This document shows, one piece after another, positions 53,186-62,985 of a DNA stretch of 64,000 nt. Position numbers and translations under genes: made by a program. This DNA is from a virus: the IMG/VR virus record IMGVR_UViG_3300046492_000199, one strand, 5' to 3'. Under the pieces are notes generated by a model, which saw nothing but the letters and a program-made list of their open reading frames with translations, ran no database searches and was not told the DNA's origin. Every line of letters begins with the position of its first letter. The stretch's first letter is position 1.

Positions 53186-53446
53186 ATGATTATTAAACTG
53201 CTTGAAGAAAATTGGGATAAAATACTGCAAATCGGTGTAGAAGCAGAGCAGAGGATGAAGGCTTATATGGCTGGTAATGTCATCTTTGAAGGGGTAACTC
53301 TTAAAGGCAAGAACCGAATCAACGAACACGGCGCGTGCTGGAAAGTTGTTGACACGCGAGACGGAAAAGTGCTATTCGAGGCTCTTAATACTGGATACCT
53401 GAAGTGGGGTCCAGAGCCAGATTTTAGGATCGTAGAGAGGGATTAG
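53186..53446 (+). CDS. Hypothetical protein
   Basis: LKGKNRINEHG..W motif. Confidence 0.55.
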   Translation: MIIKLLEENWDKILQIGVEAEQRMKAYMAGNVIFEGVTLKGKNRINEHGACWKVVDTRDGKVLFEALNTGYLKWGPEPDFRIVERD

Positions 53447-53450
53447 CATC

Positions 53451-53651
53451 ATGGGTGAGACCATTCTTATATATGATGAGCGTTACGAAAGCGGGCCAAG
53501 ATTTATTGGTTCGTTCAGGAACGTGCCAGAGGATTGGACCGCGAAAGAAACGCTGGTCCGTTACGGGATAGGTGAGCATCTGTGCGTGTATCGCGACAAC
53601 TTCGTACCTAAGAATTGTATTCATCACGGAAAAAGATTTAGATCGGATTAA
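53451..53651 (+). CDS. Hypothetical protein
   Basis: 66-aa ORF in tight operon. Confidence 0.5.
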   Translation: MGETILIYDERYESGPRFIGSFRNVPEDWTAKETLVRYGIGEHLCVYRDNFVPKNCIHHGKRFRSD

Positions 53652-53652
53652 T

Positions 53653-53862
53653 ATGAAAGATCAGTTTGGTTATACTCCCAATACGGGAGAAAGTTATCCA
53701 CCATATTTTAATATTACTAAAGTTGATGGTGGGTATCGTGTGATAGTCAGGCGTAAAGCCGTTTGGGATGGTGATCTTTGTCTTCCCATGGGTGGTAATA
53801 TTGTGGAAGAAACCTTCCCTGAAGATTTCATTGAGAAACTGAAAGAGTTTGTCAATGGCTAA
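53653..53862 (+). CDS. Hypothetical protein
   Basis: Start MKDQF. Confidence 0.5.
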   Translation: MKDQFGYTPNTGESYPPYFNITKVDGGYRVIVRRKAVWDGDLCLPMGGNIVEETFPEDFIEKLKEFVNG

Positions 53863-54181
53863 AAAGGTTGGAAATTATAAAATTCCGTTTGATGAAATTG
53901 GGAATCAGTTACACTATCCCGGTTGGCATTGGTTTGACGGCAAGCGTTTCGAATGTGAGATGCGTGATAATCACGCCTTTGAAGATACAATAATCTTTGA
54001 TTCTATGGAGCGTGGTCGGAGCGCTGCATATTTCTATTTTAAGCGATCCACAGGTGAAAGACTTGTTGTCTTCATGAAAGATTTATGCGATATGATGCCT
54101 CACGTTGTCAATGGCACAGTGACTGGCACGTTCACTTTCGTTAAGCGTGGTGCTAATTTTGGCACGGCATTAATCAGTTAA
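53855..54181 (+). CDS. Hypothetical protein
   Basis: GRSAAYF...FVKRGANFG motif. Confidence 0.6.
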   Translation: MAKKVGNYKIPFDEIGNQLHYPGWHWFDGKRFECEMRDNHAFEDTIIFDSMERGRSAAYFYFKRSTGERLVVFMKDLCDMMPHVVNGTVTGTFTFVKRGANFGTALIS

Positions 54182-54188
54182 AAGTTAA

Positions 54189-54263
54189 GGCTCCTTAGCT
54201 CAGTGGAAGAGCAGCGGTCTTCTAAACCGCAGGTCGCTGGTTTGAATCCAGCAGGAGTCGCCA
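54189..54263 (+). tRNA. tRNA-Arg(TCT)
   Basis: Loop CTTCTAA, CCA. Confidence 0.9.
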
Positions 54264-54268
54264 AATTC

Positions 54269-54345
54269 AGCCGTGTAGCTTAGCGGTCCAAAGCCGTCGG
54301 CTCATAACCGATTGATCCTGTGTTCGAATCACAGCATGGCTACCA
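54269..54345 (+). tRNA. tRNA-Met/Ile2(CAT)
   Basis: Loop CTCATAA, CCA; Met versus lysidine-Ile unresolved. Confidence 0.85.
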
Positions 54346-54362
54346 AATTCAAAGGAGATGTA

Positions 54363-54563
54363 ATGATTAAGATGTTGAAAGATATTTACCATTGCGCTAT
54401 CATTGGTAAGTGGAATGGAAATCTTATTGATTGTGAGAGTGGGAAAATCCATGAAACGGTTAGGAATTCCATTAGCACTCTAGCAACTATTGTCTGTGCT
54501 CCTAACGCTTCTAAAGAACATAAGCAGTGGGCCAAAGATAAGATCGAGGAGCTTCTGTCATGA
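54363..54563 (+). CDS. Hypothetical protein
   Basis: AAAGGAG RBS. Confidence 0.5.
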   Translation: MIKMLKDIYHCAIIGKWNGNLIDCESGKIHETVRNSISTLATIVCAPNASKEHKQWAKDKIEELLS

Positions 54564-54775
54564 ATTTATTCACGAATACACAGGTTGCTGAAATTATCGG
54601 TTGGGACGATGCAGATATGGAACTGGATGATTCTTTTACACGTATTGCTGTGGGAGATTCAGCTGGGAATTTCCTCTTGTCTAATGCTGATGAGATTCAA
54701 GTCTGCGCCGGTACGTGGGTCAGATTGAATGCTGATTTGTGGTACTTTCAAAATGATCCTGAGTGGGATGCATGA
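54560..54775 (+). CDS. Acidic hypothetical protein
   Basis: ATGA overlap. Confidence 0.5.
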   Translation: MNLFTNTQVAEIIGWDDADMELDDSFTRIAVGDSAGNFLLSNADEIQVCAGTWVRLNADLWYFQNDPEWDA

Positions 54776-54969
54776 GTAAATCTTGCTATAGTTGTCGGCA
54801 TTGGTATCCGGTTGTCGGGTACGCCCTTGGTCATTGTGAGAAGTCAGGCCTGAAGCTCTGGATCGATAATGATTATAAAATGCTTCGCCGCGAGGCTTGT
54901 TCAAGATCGAATGAGACATGCGAAGAATTTGTTAAATCGACGCGAAAAAGGTTTGACACGGATTATTAA
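54763..54969 (+). CDS. Small Cys-rich (Zn-binding) protein
   Basis: CYSCRHW...C...C....CEEF. Confidence 0.5.
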   Translation: MGCMSKSCYSCRHWYPVVGYALGHCEKSGLKLWIDNDYKMLRREACSRSNETCEEFVKSTRKRFDTDY

Positions 54970-55013
54970 TTCGTTTATCTAGGTCAGCATTGTAATAAAA
55001 GGAGATAGATTAC

Positions 55014-57014
55014 ATGACAACAGATTTCAGACCATTCGCAAAGGCTATTCGTGCCAATTTCGATGAGCTTTCGAAGCGTGAGCTTTACACCGTCAATATT
55101 TCAGGTGACGAACTGTGGGATTTTTATCTCGATTCATTTCCGGCTGGTACGAACGAAATGTTTCGCCAGCGCCGCGAGTATGACTGCTCGTGCTGCAAAA
55201 ATTTCATGCGCAACGTGGCTAACGTTGTTGCTATCGTTGACAATCAGCTTGTCTCGGTTTGGGACATTGCTGATGCGGGTCATCCGTTCAACGTGGTATG
55301 CGAAGCTCTTTCTGAGAAGGTTAAGAGCCTCGGTGTTTCTAACGTTTTCCGCACCAAGGAGAATTCTTTTGGTGCCGAAATGACGCGGGAATTTGGTGAC
55401 GGAACAAACATCAACTGGAACCATTTCAACACTAAGATTGCTTCCAAGCATATCTGCGCCGAAGTGGCAACGATCAAGGGCAAGAAGGCTACGGCGGCTC
55501 AGGTCTTCCGTCGCGCTCTGGAAGAGCTTGATAATCGTGCCGTGACAACGGTGCAGGAATTGATCAAGGATGATCTGCTGTATCGAGGAATGGAGCACAA
55601 GGCGGCTGTGGATGCATTCGCTAAGGTTCAGCGTGAGTACAACAAGCTCAATTCTGATGAGGCGCGCAGCATCTTCATTTGGGCTAATATCGATAGCTTT
55701 GTTGCTGGTTTCCGCAACACGGTAATCGGAACATTGGTGCAGGACTTGACCGAAGGCAAGGATTTGGAAAAGGCTGTTAGCTCTTTCGAGACAAAGATGG
55801 CGGGTGACAATTACAAGCGATCCAAGACTCTCATCACGCCAAGCATGATTAAGGACGCGATGAAGACAATCGAGGCTCTTAACCTTGAAACGGCCTTGGA
55901 ACGTCGATTTGCTCGAATTGGTGACGTTACTGTAAATAATGTTCTTTGGGTCGATAACTCTGTCAAGGGAAAGATGAAGGGTGGTATCGAATCGCTTCTC
56001 ATGGAAGCTGCTGTGACAAAGGCTCCGAACGTTGATAGGGCTGAGAACATCGGTATCGAAGCATTTATGGCTGACGTGGTGCCGAAGGCAAAGTCGATTG
56101 AAGCTCTGGTCAAGAATGCTTTTGCCGGTAATTTCATGAGCCTTACCGCTCCGGTTCACGATGATGTGGAGCAGCTTTTCAAGTGGAATAACAACTTCGG
56201 TTGGAGCTATGACGGCGATATTGCTGACTCTGATATCAAGATGCGGGTATCTAAGGCTGGTGGTAACGTCACTAACGCTGTGCTTCGTATCAGCTTGGCT
56301 TGGTTCAACTTTGACGATCTGGATATCCATGTCTTTGAGCCTAGTGGAAGACAGATTTCTTTCCGTAACAAGGATGGAAAACTTGACGTTGATATGAATG
56401 CTGGAGGCTCTAATACGCGCCAGCCGGTTGAGAACGTTAGCTACACAAAAGCTAATATTCAAAATGGTGTTTACACTGTCAAGATCAATCAGTTTCGTGT
56501 TCGCGAAGACAAAGATTTTGGTTTTGATCTTGAAGTTGAAAACAATGGTTCGATCCATAATTTCAACTATACCAAGCGTGTCACTGGTACGGTTAATGCG
56601 TTGAGGATCACGGTCAAGGATGGCGTTGTCGTAAATATTGAGGCTGGTGCTGGTATTACTGGTGGTATGACGCCGCAGGAAAAGTGGGGTGTTAAGACTG
56701 AAACTTTGGTGCCTGTCGATACTATCATTCTCAGCCCTAACTATTGGGATGATAATGCAACAGGTAACAAGCATTGGTTCTTTATTCTGAAGAACTGCTT
56801 GAATCCTGAACCGACTCGTGGTATTTATAATGAATTCCTACGGTCAGGTCTGGAACAACATCGGAAGGTGTTCGAAGTGCTCGGATCAAAGACCAAGTGC
56901 GAATCATCTGATGATCAGCTGAGTGGTATTGGTTTCAGTTCCACGAAGCGCGCCGAACTGCCTGTACTGGTCAAGGCTTCTACGGGTCAGAAACTTTACA
57001 ACATTAACTTTTAA
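55014..57014 (+). CDS. 666-aa phage protein with YfaP/DUF2135-like C-terminal domain
   Basis: LRISLAW...DDLDIHVFEP...LDVDMNAGG...ENV. Confidence 0.7.
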   Translation: MTTDFRPFAKAIRANFDELSKRELYTVNISGDELWDFYLDSFPAGTNEMFRQRREYDCSCCKNFMRNVANVVAIVDNQLVSVWDIADAGHPFNVVCEALSEKVKSLGVSNVFRTKENSFGAEMTREFGDGTNINWNHFNTKIASKHICAEVATIKGKKATAAQVFRRALEELDNRAVTTVQELIKDDLLYRGMEHKAAVDAFAKVQREYNKLNSDEARSIFIWANIDSFVAGFRNTVIGTLVQDLTEGKDLEKAVSSFETKMAGDNYKRSKTLITPSMIKDAMKTIEALNLETALERRFARIGDVTVNNVLWVDNSVKGKMKGGIESLLMEAAVTKAPNVDRAENIGIEAFMADVVPKAKSIEALVKNAFAGNFMSLTAPVHDDVEQLFKWNNNFGWSYDGDIADSDIKMRVSKAGGNVTNAVLRISLAWFNFDDLDIHVFEPSGRQISFRNKDGKLDVDMNAGGSNTRQPVENVSYTKANIQNGVYTVKINQFRVREDKDFGFDLEVENNGSIHNFNYTKRVTGTVNALRITVKDGVVVNIEAGAGITGGMTPQEKWGVKTETLVPVDTIILSPNYWDDNATGNKHWFFILKNCLNPEPTRGIYNEFLRSGLEQHRKVFEVLGSKTKCESSDDQLSGIGFSSTKRAELPVLVKASTGQKLYNINF

Positions 57015-57057
57015 CACTCGTTCTCAACTAAGATTGAAATCACAAAGGAGAAAATAT

Positions 57058-57465
57058 ATGACTGACATTAACATTTTTGAATTCGCTACACGTGAAAAGC
57101 TTCGTTTCGACTCTTCCGTTGGTTCGCTCACGGTGGAGCAGCTTTGGGACTTGCCGCTGACTTCGATCGGTTCTAAGGCTAATCTGAATGCCGTTGGTAT
57201 TCAGTTCGTCAAGGCTCTGAAGTCTGTCAATGAAGACTCTCTGGTCAATCCGGCTCCGACTGGTGCACAGAAGGTGTTCCAGATTCAGCTTGATATCGTG
57301 AAGCACATCATTGCTGTGAAGCAGGAAGAAGAGGCGGCAAAGAAGGAAGCTGCTGAGAAGAAGGTCCGGAAGGCTAAGTTGCAGGAAGCCTTGGCTCGTA
57401 AGGAAGATTCTGCGCTGGAAGAAATGACTCCGGCTGAACTTAAGAAGATGATCGCAGAGCTTTGA
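57058..57465 (+). CDS. Partner protein of the 666-aa gene
   Basis: IFEFATREKLRF...LTVEQLWDLPL, coiled-coil tail. Confidence 0.7.
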   Translation: MTDINIFEFATREKLRFDSSVGSLTVEQLWDLPLTSIGSKANLNAVGIQFVKALKSVNEDSLVNPAPTGAQKVFQIQLDIVKHIIAVKQEEEAAKKEAAEKKVRKAKLQEALARKEDSALEEMTPAELKKMIAEL

Positions 57466-57797
57466 TTACCAGTTCAGAGATAGCGGTTTACATGGTTTCC
57501 GGGGGCGCTGTAGCCCTCGGATTTCTTGCATGTGTGTGGCAAAGGTTTTGGCCAGAAAGGATTAACATGGCAGAAGAAAGTCGATACTACTGCTACGAAG
57601 TTCGGATAAGCGTGCAGTCACCGGATGATAAATTAGAACGCTTAATTCTGACGTTCTTGGTAGACGATTTCCAAGAGATTGAGGCTTTGGAAGAGCAGTC
57701 ACAGAAATCCCAAGCGAAATTCTTAGTGGAGGGATATACGCTGAAGGCTATTCGCACCTCAGATGATATTCTTGCTTTGGTAGGCGAACTACATTGA
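57462..57797 (+). CDS. Hypothetical protein
   Basis: TTGA overlap; start uncertain. Confidence 0.45.
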   Translation: MITSSEIAVYMVSGGAVALGFLACVWQRFWPERINMAEESRYYCYEVRISVQSPDDKLERLILTFLVDDFQEIEALEEQSQKSQAKFLVEGYTLKAIRTSDDILALVGELH

Positions 57798-57803
57798 ATA
57801 ACA

Positions 57804-57839
57804 AAAAGGCCTTCAGGATTTGGTTTCTGAAGGCCTTTT
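57804..57839. terminator. Bidirectional terminator between convergent blocks
   Basis: 13-bp stem AAAAGGCCTTCAG/CTGAAGGCCTTTT. Confidence 0.75.
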
Positions 57840-57917
57840 CTATTATAGTTCTTTTTAGATTTTAGGATTTTAATCCTAAATTGTGGTTGCTCTAACTCGC
57901 GCGCCATAGGGCTTCGC

Positions 57918-59594
57918 TTAGCTGGTAGCTCTTTCTGCTTGGGCTTGCTCATCTTTCATCCTCTTCTCTCTTATCTTTCTCTTCTCTTCCATTTCCTTTT
58001 CGATGGCACGTTCTACCATACCTTGTTTGACTTCGCTAGAGGGTGAAGAGCCAGAACCATGAAGTTTTTTAGTTCCAACTTTTCTGGTTCGGCCTCTGGC
58101 CCACTCTAAATATTGACTGGTACTATCGACCATGTCGTCATTCTTGCCATATGGAAACGCCATTAGTTCGCGTTCATACTCGGCCAGCCACGTAGCTGAT
58201 TCGGGGAGATAAACCAAGCCAGCTTCGAAGGATGGAGCGACGGCATCGAACCTGAATTCTTTAGAGTTATTGTTTGTGCTAATTGGGATGATCGGGATGT
58301 TAGTTTTACCGGCTCTGGTTTGCACGTACTGAGTGCCCGAACCTTTATCTTCGATCAGAATGCACGAAACGTTCCAACGTTCCGCAGTCTCATCAATGAG
58401 TTTGCACATCTCGGGGAATTCAACTTTTGCTCTAACACAATCTAAGAGATAATGCAAGCCAAATTCTGTTTCCATCCAAACAGTGAGTGCGGTAAAGTCG
58501 TGACGTTCTTGAGCCTTCTGCGCCGTATCGACTGAGAGAGTGATGCGTCGAATTTTGATTTCAGGGTTTTTCCTTACATCGCCTTTATAACGTTGGAACC
58601 AATCTGATTTAAGTAGAACGCCTTCAGCGTCAACCGGGACGCCTTGCATCATAGAGCCCCACATTGCTCCTGTGAGTGTGGCGCGCTTATTTAGGTAATC
58701 CTGATGGTAAAAGTCCCACAACGGCATGTCAGGCTCTGTGCGGCCCATAGGATCGTCTTCATCACCAAGCTCGGATAAAGCTTTTAGATTGATAATCTCG
58801 TAAGGGATAATGCTTCCCTTTTTACCTTCAACTTCTAGCCTGCCAATCATGTCGTCAGAGTTATAACGAGTGTTGACGAGAACAATAGGAGCGCGGGGCA
58901 AGAGTCGGGTCTGGAAGTCAGATAGGAACCACGAATAAGCGTCGTCTCTGACTTTAGGATTTTGAGCTTCTAAGTAACTTGCATAAAGGTCATCGATGCA
59001 ACCCATGTTGGCGCGGATACCCATGATACCAGCGCCGACGCCTTTAGCGACATATTCGGATTTATTGGTCAGAGCCCAACGATCACCGGCTCTCATGTCG
59101 GCTTGGAGCGCTACGTCGCCAAACACGTCTTTGAAAGCATCACTGTTGACATAGGCTTTAGTTTTCTTGCCTAGTTCATTCGTGGCGAACGCAGCGGCAT
59201 AGCTAGCCTGAAGCCATTTAGTCTTTCTACGACCCATGCACCAAACGGCAAAGCGGCGGGAAGAGTATTCACTCTTTCCACCACCGGCAGGAACGCTAAG
59301 TGCTAATCGAGGGATGTTCCCGTTCTCAACATTTTCCAGCTTTTCGCAGATGAAATGATGGTGAGGAGCGGGTGGCTCATCCATGTTCAAGTATTCAGCA
59401 AAACATGAATAACTACTAAACGCTGCGCCGCGAAGCTTTTCTTTGTATTCGTCTTCGTAATGCTCAAGAACTTGTTGTACACCTTGAAGCTGATTTTCAG
59501 GAACTGCTGTCTTCGTCAGGTTCACTATTGCTGATGACAAGTGTGTCGGAATCGGGGATTTCAATCGCAAATGGTCTTGGAGAGCTTCTTCCAT
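57918..59594 (-). CDS. terL: Terminase large subunit
   Basis: PAGGGKS Walker A, CIDD Walker B, VNTRY, SVDTA, LIEDKGSG, NDDMVDSTSQ; start uncertain. Confidence 0.93.
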   Translation of the reverse strand: MEEALQDHLRLKSPIPTHLSSAIVNLTKTAVPENQLQGVQQVLEHYEDEYKEKLRGAAFSSYSCFAEYLNMDEPPAPHHHFICEKLENVENGNIPRLALSVPAGGGKSEYSSRRFAVWCMGRRKTKWLQASYAAAFATNELGKKTKAYVNSDAFKDVFGDVALQADMRAGDRWALTNKSEYVAKGVGAGIMGIRANMGCIDDLYASYLEAQNPKVRDDAYSWFLSDFQTRLLPRAPIVLVNTRYNSDDMIGRLEVEGKKGSIIPYEIINLKALSELGDEDDPMGRTEPDMPLWDFYHQDYLNKRATLTGAMWGSMMQGVPVDAEGVLLKSDWFQRYKGDVRKNPEIKIRRITLSVDTAQKAQERHDFTALTVWMETEFGLHYLLDCVRAKVEFPEMCKLIDETAERWNVSCILIEDKGSGTQYVQTRAGKTNIPIIPISTNNNSKEFRFDAVAPSFEAGLVYLPESATWLAEYERELMAFPYGKNDDMVDSTSQYLEWARGRTRKVGTKKLHGSGSSPSSEVKQGMVERAIEKEMEEKRKIREKRMKDEQAQAERATS

Positions 59595-60075
59595 CGTGCG
59601 AAGATTCTTTATTGATGACCTGTATATTAATCTGTCGTTCCAACTGAGGTAGTTTGTCATTTGATGGTAGCATCTTATTGTTGTTATTATTATGTGCTGG
59701 TTCACGACCTACGCGGTTAAGCTCTGCCATGTCTCTGAGAATGATTGCTCCATTCTTCAGATCGTCAATCTCGATAGCCTTGTTCAAAAGTCTGACGTAT
59801 TCTTTATTGATCCAGTCCAGATCAATTTCTTCGTGGTCTGTTTTACGCAGCGGGAGAGGAGGTGCGACGGATAGCATTTCTTTTTCCGCAGTTTTCATTT
59901 TTAATTCTTGAATTCTTGCCGCGACTTCGGGAGTGCTGGCAAGCTTCGAAGCATTAGCAGCAGCTGTGGTGTTCTTGCAAGTAAAACCTGCTTCTTTGTA
60001 AGCCGCGATTTGAGTATAACCATTCACCAAGTAGTTAGCGAACTTTTCTCTTTTGTCGGATGAAAGTCTAGCCAT
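59497..60075 (-). CDS. terS: Terminase small subunit
   Basis: N-terminal HTH (AYKEAGF...ANASKL...VAARIQEL), immediately upstream of terL. Confidence 0.75.
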   Translation of the reverse strand: MARLSSDKREKFANYLVNGYTQIAAYKEAGFTCKNTTAAANASKLASTPEVAARIQELKMKTAEKEMLSVAPPLPLRKTDHEEIDLDWINKEYVRLLNKAIEIDDLKNGAIILRDMAELNRVGREPAHNNNNNKMLPSNDKLPQLERQINIQVINKESSHDGRSSPRPFAIEIPDSDTLVISNSEPDEDSSS

Positions 60076-60337
60076 GTTTGAGATACTTAATCAAATCGTT
60101 TGCTACTAGGTAATTGCTGTAAGCGTTCACGCAATCAAGTATAGCGCGATATAGTTCAACTACTTTGAAGGTTTGGTCATCCATATTTTTACTTAGTTCT
60201 GGATGCATTACGTGAAAACTGAGTAGTTCTTGATATGCCTCGTCATGCATACGACAAGCTTCTGCCGCGTCATGTACCATATCTTTTAGTTTGGTATGGT
60301 GTTCCCTAGGAAATACGGTTAGATCATAGATGTACAT
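60068..60337 (-). CDS. Hypothetical protein
   Basis: 89-aa ORF in tight operon. Confidence 0.55.
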   Translation of the reverse strand: MYIYDLTVFPREHHTKLKDMVHDAAEACRMHDEAYQELLSFHVMHPELSKNMDDQTFKVVELYRAILDCVNAYSNYLVANDLIKYLKHG

Positions 60338-60861
60338 TATTCAGATAGCTCGCCAATCAGAGTAAAGGGCTTTTCGATCTTGTATCCCATGGCGCACATG
60401 CCGTAAAATGCGATGAGCGCAGATTCGGCTCTGCCATCGTCCATTTTCCTTTTCCAAGCCGTCGAGCATTTAGGAAAATACTGATTAGCTCGATAGCGAG
60501 CAGCATCTTTTTCAGCAGGTACTTTGAGTTGTGCTTTCCAGACCGCAGGCCTTACCTGAGAAACAGGAACCTTAAGTCCGCCGCAGACACCTAGGATCGT
60601 GCCAAAGTTTCTACCAAAGGTGAAGCTACTTACGACGCCTTCACCGGGGCGAGCATTTACTTCCTCAATATAAAGATGAATGATTCTATCATCATCTAGG
60701 ATATCACCAATACCGACATGGTCGATAACGGTTTTGGCCTTAGCTCCCGGCTTGATCGTGAACGTAGGCATATCAAATAGCTCGATAGTGTGTGCCACTG
60801 GATCAAGCTTGGTGAATGCGCCTTTGCTACCGGGGTCAGCGCCAATGATTATTCCTGCCAT
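60337..60861 (-). CDS. RuvC-like Holliday junction resolvase
   Basis: IIGADPG, YIEEV, SSFTFG, DGRAESALIA. Confidence 0.85.
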   Translation of the reverse strand: MAGIIIGADPGSKGAFTKLDPVAHTIELFDMPTFTIKPGAKAKTVIDHVGIGDILDDDRIIHLYIEEVNARPGEGVVSSFTFGRNFGTILGVCGGLKVPVSQVRPAVWKAQLKVPAEKDAARYRANQYFPKCSTAWKRKMDDGRAESALIAFYGMCAMGYKIEKPFTLIGELSE

Positions 60862-61550
60862 ATTTCATCTACTTCTTTTTGGCCTCTGAGTTGAGCCTCA
60901 ATGGCGTCTTCAATATTTTTTTCATATGAATAATGGTTGAAAGTACCATTTAGTCTAACTTTGACCATGTACAGATTACGTGGCTTGTGATAATATACGC
61001 CAAGTACAGGTGTCTCTTTAATTTCATCCAAACCTGTGTCGGCAGAAGCTTCTGTCACGTTGGCATATAGATTATAAAGCCTTAACTGTTCCTTGGCCCA
61101 CTTCTCAGCCGTGAGATGATGCTTGAACGTAGAGCCGCGATAGAAATATGGGTGATGCCAAACCTTGACTTGGAACGTGCCAGCGGTATAAGGCTTGATC
61201 AGGTAGTTACCCAATTCCTTTTTGACAGAGGAAAGTAGGACTAGGTTGTCGCGATGCGTGTTGTACAAATCGCCGTCTACCGCAACAATAGGTTCCTTGG
61301 GCCAATCTCCGTGGAGCAAGAGCCAAGCAATGTGAGGTATCTCTACCAGAACTTTCTTGACGTGACAGACATATCGCCCTGCATAATGCATGTTGACACG
61401 TTTCGTTACTTTCCACGTGTCTCGGTAGAGGCGATAAATTCTGCCAGTATCTTCATCGTACTTGAATATTTGCTTCACGTACTTTTTGTCTAATCCGGGA
61501 TACAGATCGAAATACTTATCCATGTCTCGGATGATTTTCTTAGCCGCCAT
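60849..61550 (-). CDS. Degenerate HNH-type endonuclease with C-terminal DNA-binding domains
   Basis: HIAWLLLHGDWP...VDGD..N..RDNL lacking the DH motif; GVYYHK. Confidence 0.55.
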   Translation of the reverse strand: MAAKKIIRDMDKYFDLYPGLDKKYVKQIFKYDEDTGRIYRLYRDTWKVTKRVNMHYAGRYVCHVKKVLVEIPHIAWLLLHGDWPKEPIVAVDGDLYNTHRDNLVLLSSVKKELGNYLIKPYTAGTFQVKVWHHPYFYRGSTFKHHLTAEKWAKEQLRLYNLYANVTEASADTGLDEIKETPVLGVYYHKPRNLYMVKVRLNGTFNHYSYEKNIEDAIEAQLRGQKEVDEIWQE

Positions 61551-61712
61551 TATTCTTAACTCTTTTATTCTTCTTAGCCGCTAGATCAGAAATTGATTTT
61601 TCTAAAAATTCAACTTTTAGGTAAAGCTCTTCGACGCACTGTTTCAGCGTGAGGAGATTTTTTTGATCCACCCGAATTTTATTTTCTAAATTTTCAATTT
61701 CTTCTTGGTAGT

Positions 61713-62108
61713 TCAATTGTAGTTCCTGTATCCATTGGTGTAAGGCTCGAAAAGGTCATCGATCTTGTTAAGCAATTCGTCGGACCAAAGATCGCTGGAT
61801 GGCTGTTGTAATGACATGCCTGTCTCAGTTACGATCCATTCAAACTTACTAGATGCGATGGCTTGGTAAACCAAATCCATCATACCGTTAATAATTTTAT
61901 CTCTATCTTCATAATGTAAAAGTTTAGAATATAATTTTTCTTTATCTCTATAATGCTCGTTTAGTAATTTTGCACGTTCAGTCTTTTGCTGGTCTTCTAG
62001 TTCACTAATTCGATTTAATAGTTTCAAGTGTGCATCTTCATATTCTTTAAGATCACTTACTAATTCAATGATTTGCTTGTTTAAATAGTTTGCTAGTTCC
62101 TTGCTCAT
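61713..62108 (-). CDS. Coiled-coil hypothetical protein
   Basis: 131 aa. Confidence 0.55.
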   Translation of the reverse strand: MSKELANYLNKQIIELVSDLKEYEDAHLKLLNRISELEDQQKTERAKLLNEHYRDKEKLYSKLLHYEDRDKIINGMMDLVYQAIASSKFEWIVTETGMSLQQPSSDLWSDELLNKIDDLFEPYTNGYRNYN

Positions 62109-62111
62109 TAC

Positions 62112-62384
62112 TTATACTTTCATTATTTCGAACATATCGCGATGATATCGATCTAAAATATTGTCTTGTTTACTAATTTCTTCTTTTAGTTCTCTAATTC
62201 TAAGTTGATCTATTTCAATACTTGCATGCATACTATTTACTTGGTGACGTAGTTCAACGTTCTCAATTACTAAGTCTCTAACTTTCTCGCGTAAAGTTTC
62301 TAATTCTAATTCTAAATTACTATTTCCAACTTTATCGTTCATACTTTGTTCCATCACACCGACTGTTCGGGACCGCCGCATCAC
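62112..62384 (-). CDS. Coiled-coil hypothetical protein
   Basis: Start uncertain. Confidence 0.5.
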   Translation of the reverse strand: MMRRSRTVGVMEQSMNDKVGNSNLELELETLREKVRDLVIENVELRHQVNSMHASIEIDQLRIRELKEEISKQDNILDRYHRDMFEIMKV

Positions 62385-62488
62385 TTAGATGGACGAGATT
62401 TTTAAGTGCATACTTCATAATTTAAAGACCATAATAACACAGCTTTTTTCATTTGTCAAGCTTTTTGTTTTGCTGATCCAAAAGATAA

Positions 62489-62674
62489 TTATTTCGGTTT
62501 GTATTCTTCGCAAATATAATCTAGATCGACGCCGATGGTTTTGTTATTATCTCGGGCATAGCCTTCAGCGAAATCCAAGCACTCTGACATGGTTGCGAAC
62601 TGAGACAGAGAGGCGTCGTGATGTGGATCGATCTGACCATTGACGAGCCAAATGAGGGTGAGGTAAACTATCAA
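62489..62674 (-). CDS. Small two-Cys exported protein candidate
   Basis: Hydrophobic N-terminus, FATMSEC...YIC. Confidence 0.55.
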   Translation of the reverse strand: MIVYLTLIWLVNGQIDPHHDASLSQFATMSECLDFAEGYARDNNKTIGVDLDYICEEYKPK

Positions 62675-62850
62675 TATGTTTCTCCCTTGACATAGCAGTC
62701 CATTTGAATAATGACTGCGGCTGGATTGTCGTAATTTCTTTTTATATTATTTTCTTGGCGTTGGCACTGATCCAACGTGTCAGTGGTGTAGGTGTGGAGC
62801 TTGGGAGGTTCGCCAGTCATGCTAGCGATAATAACTAATAGAACGTACAT
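62671..62850 (-). CDS. Small two-Cys exported protein candidate (not in ORF track)
   Basis: MYVLLVIIASM...TLDQC...MDCY. Confidence 0.55.
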   Translation of the reverse strand: MYVLLVIIASMTGEPPKLHTYTTDTLDQCQRQENNIKRNYDNPAAVIIQMDCYVKGETY

Positions 62851-62985
62851 TTCATGTCTCCTTTAAATTGTTGAGGTGTTAACGATCATTCCAAACGTAG
62901 TTACCAATTTCTTCCGCATAATAAGTGCTGCCGATGTAAACCGTAGCACCTACTAGAACCACAATGATAATAAAAATTTTAAACA

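Noticed and set aside
55134-56774. 546-aa antisense ORF
   Set aside because: Exact shadow of the 666-aa gene; no RBS or motifs; explained by codon bias
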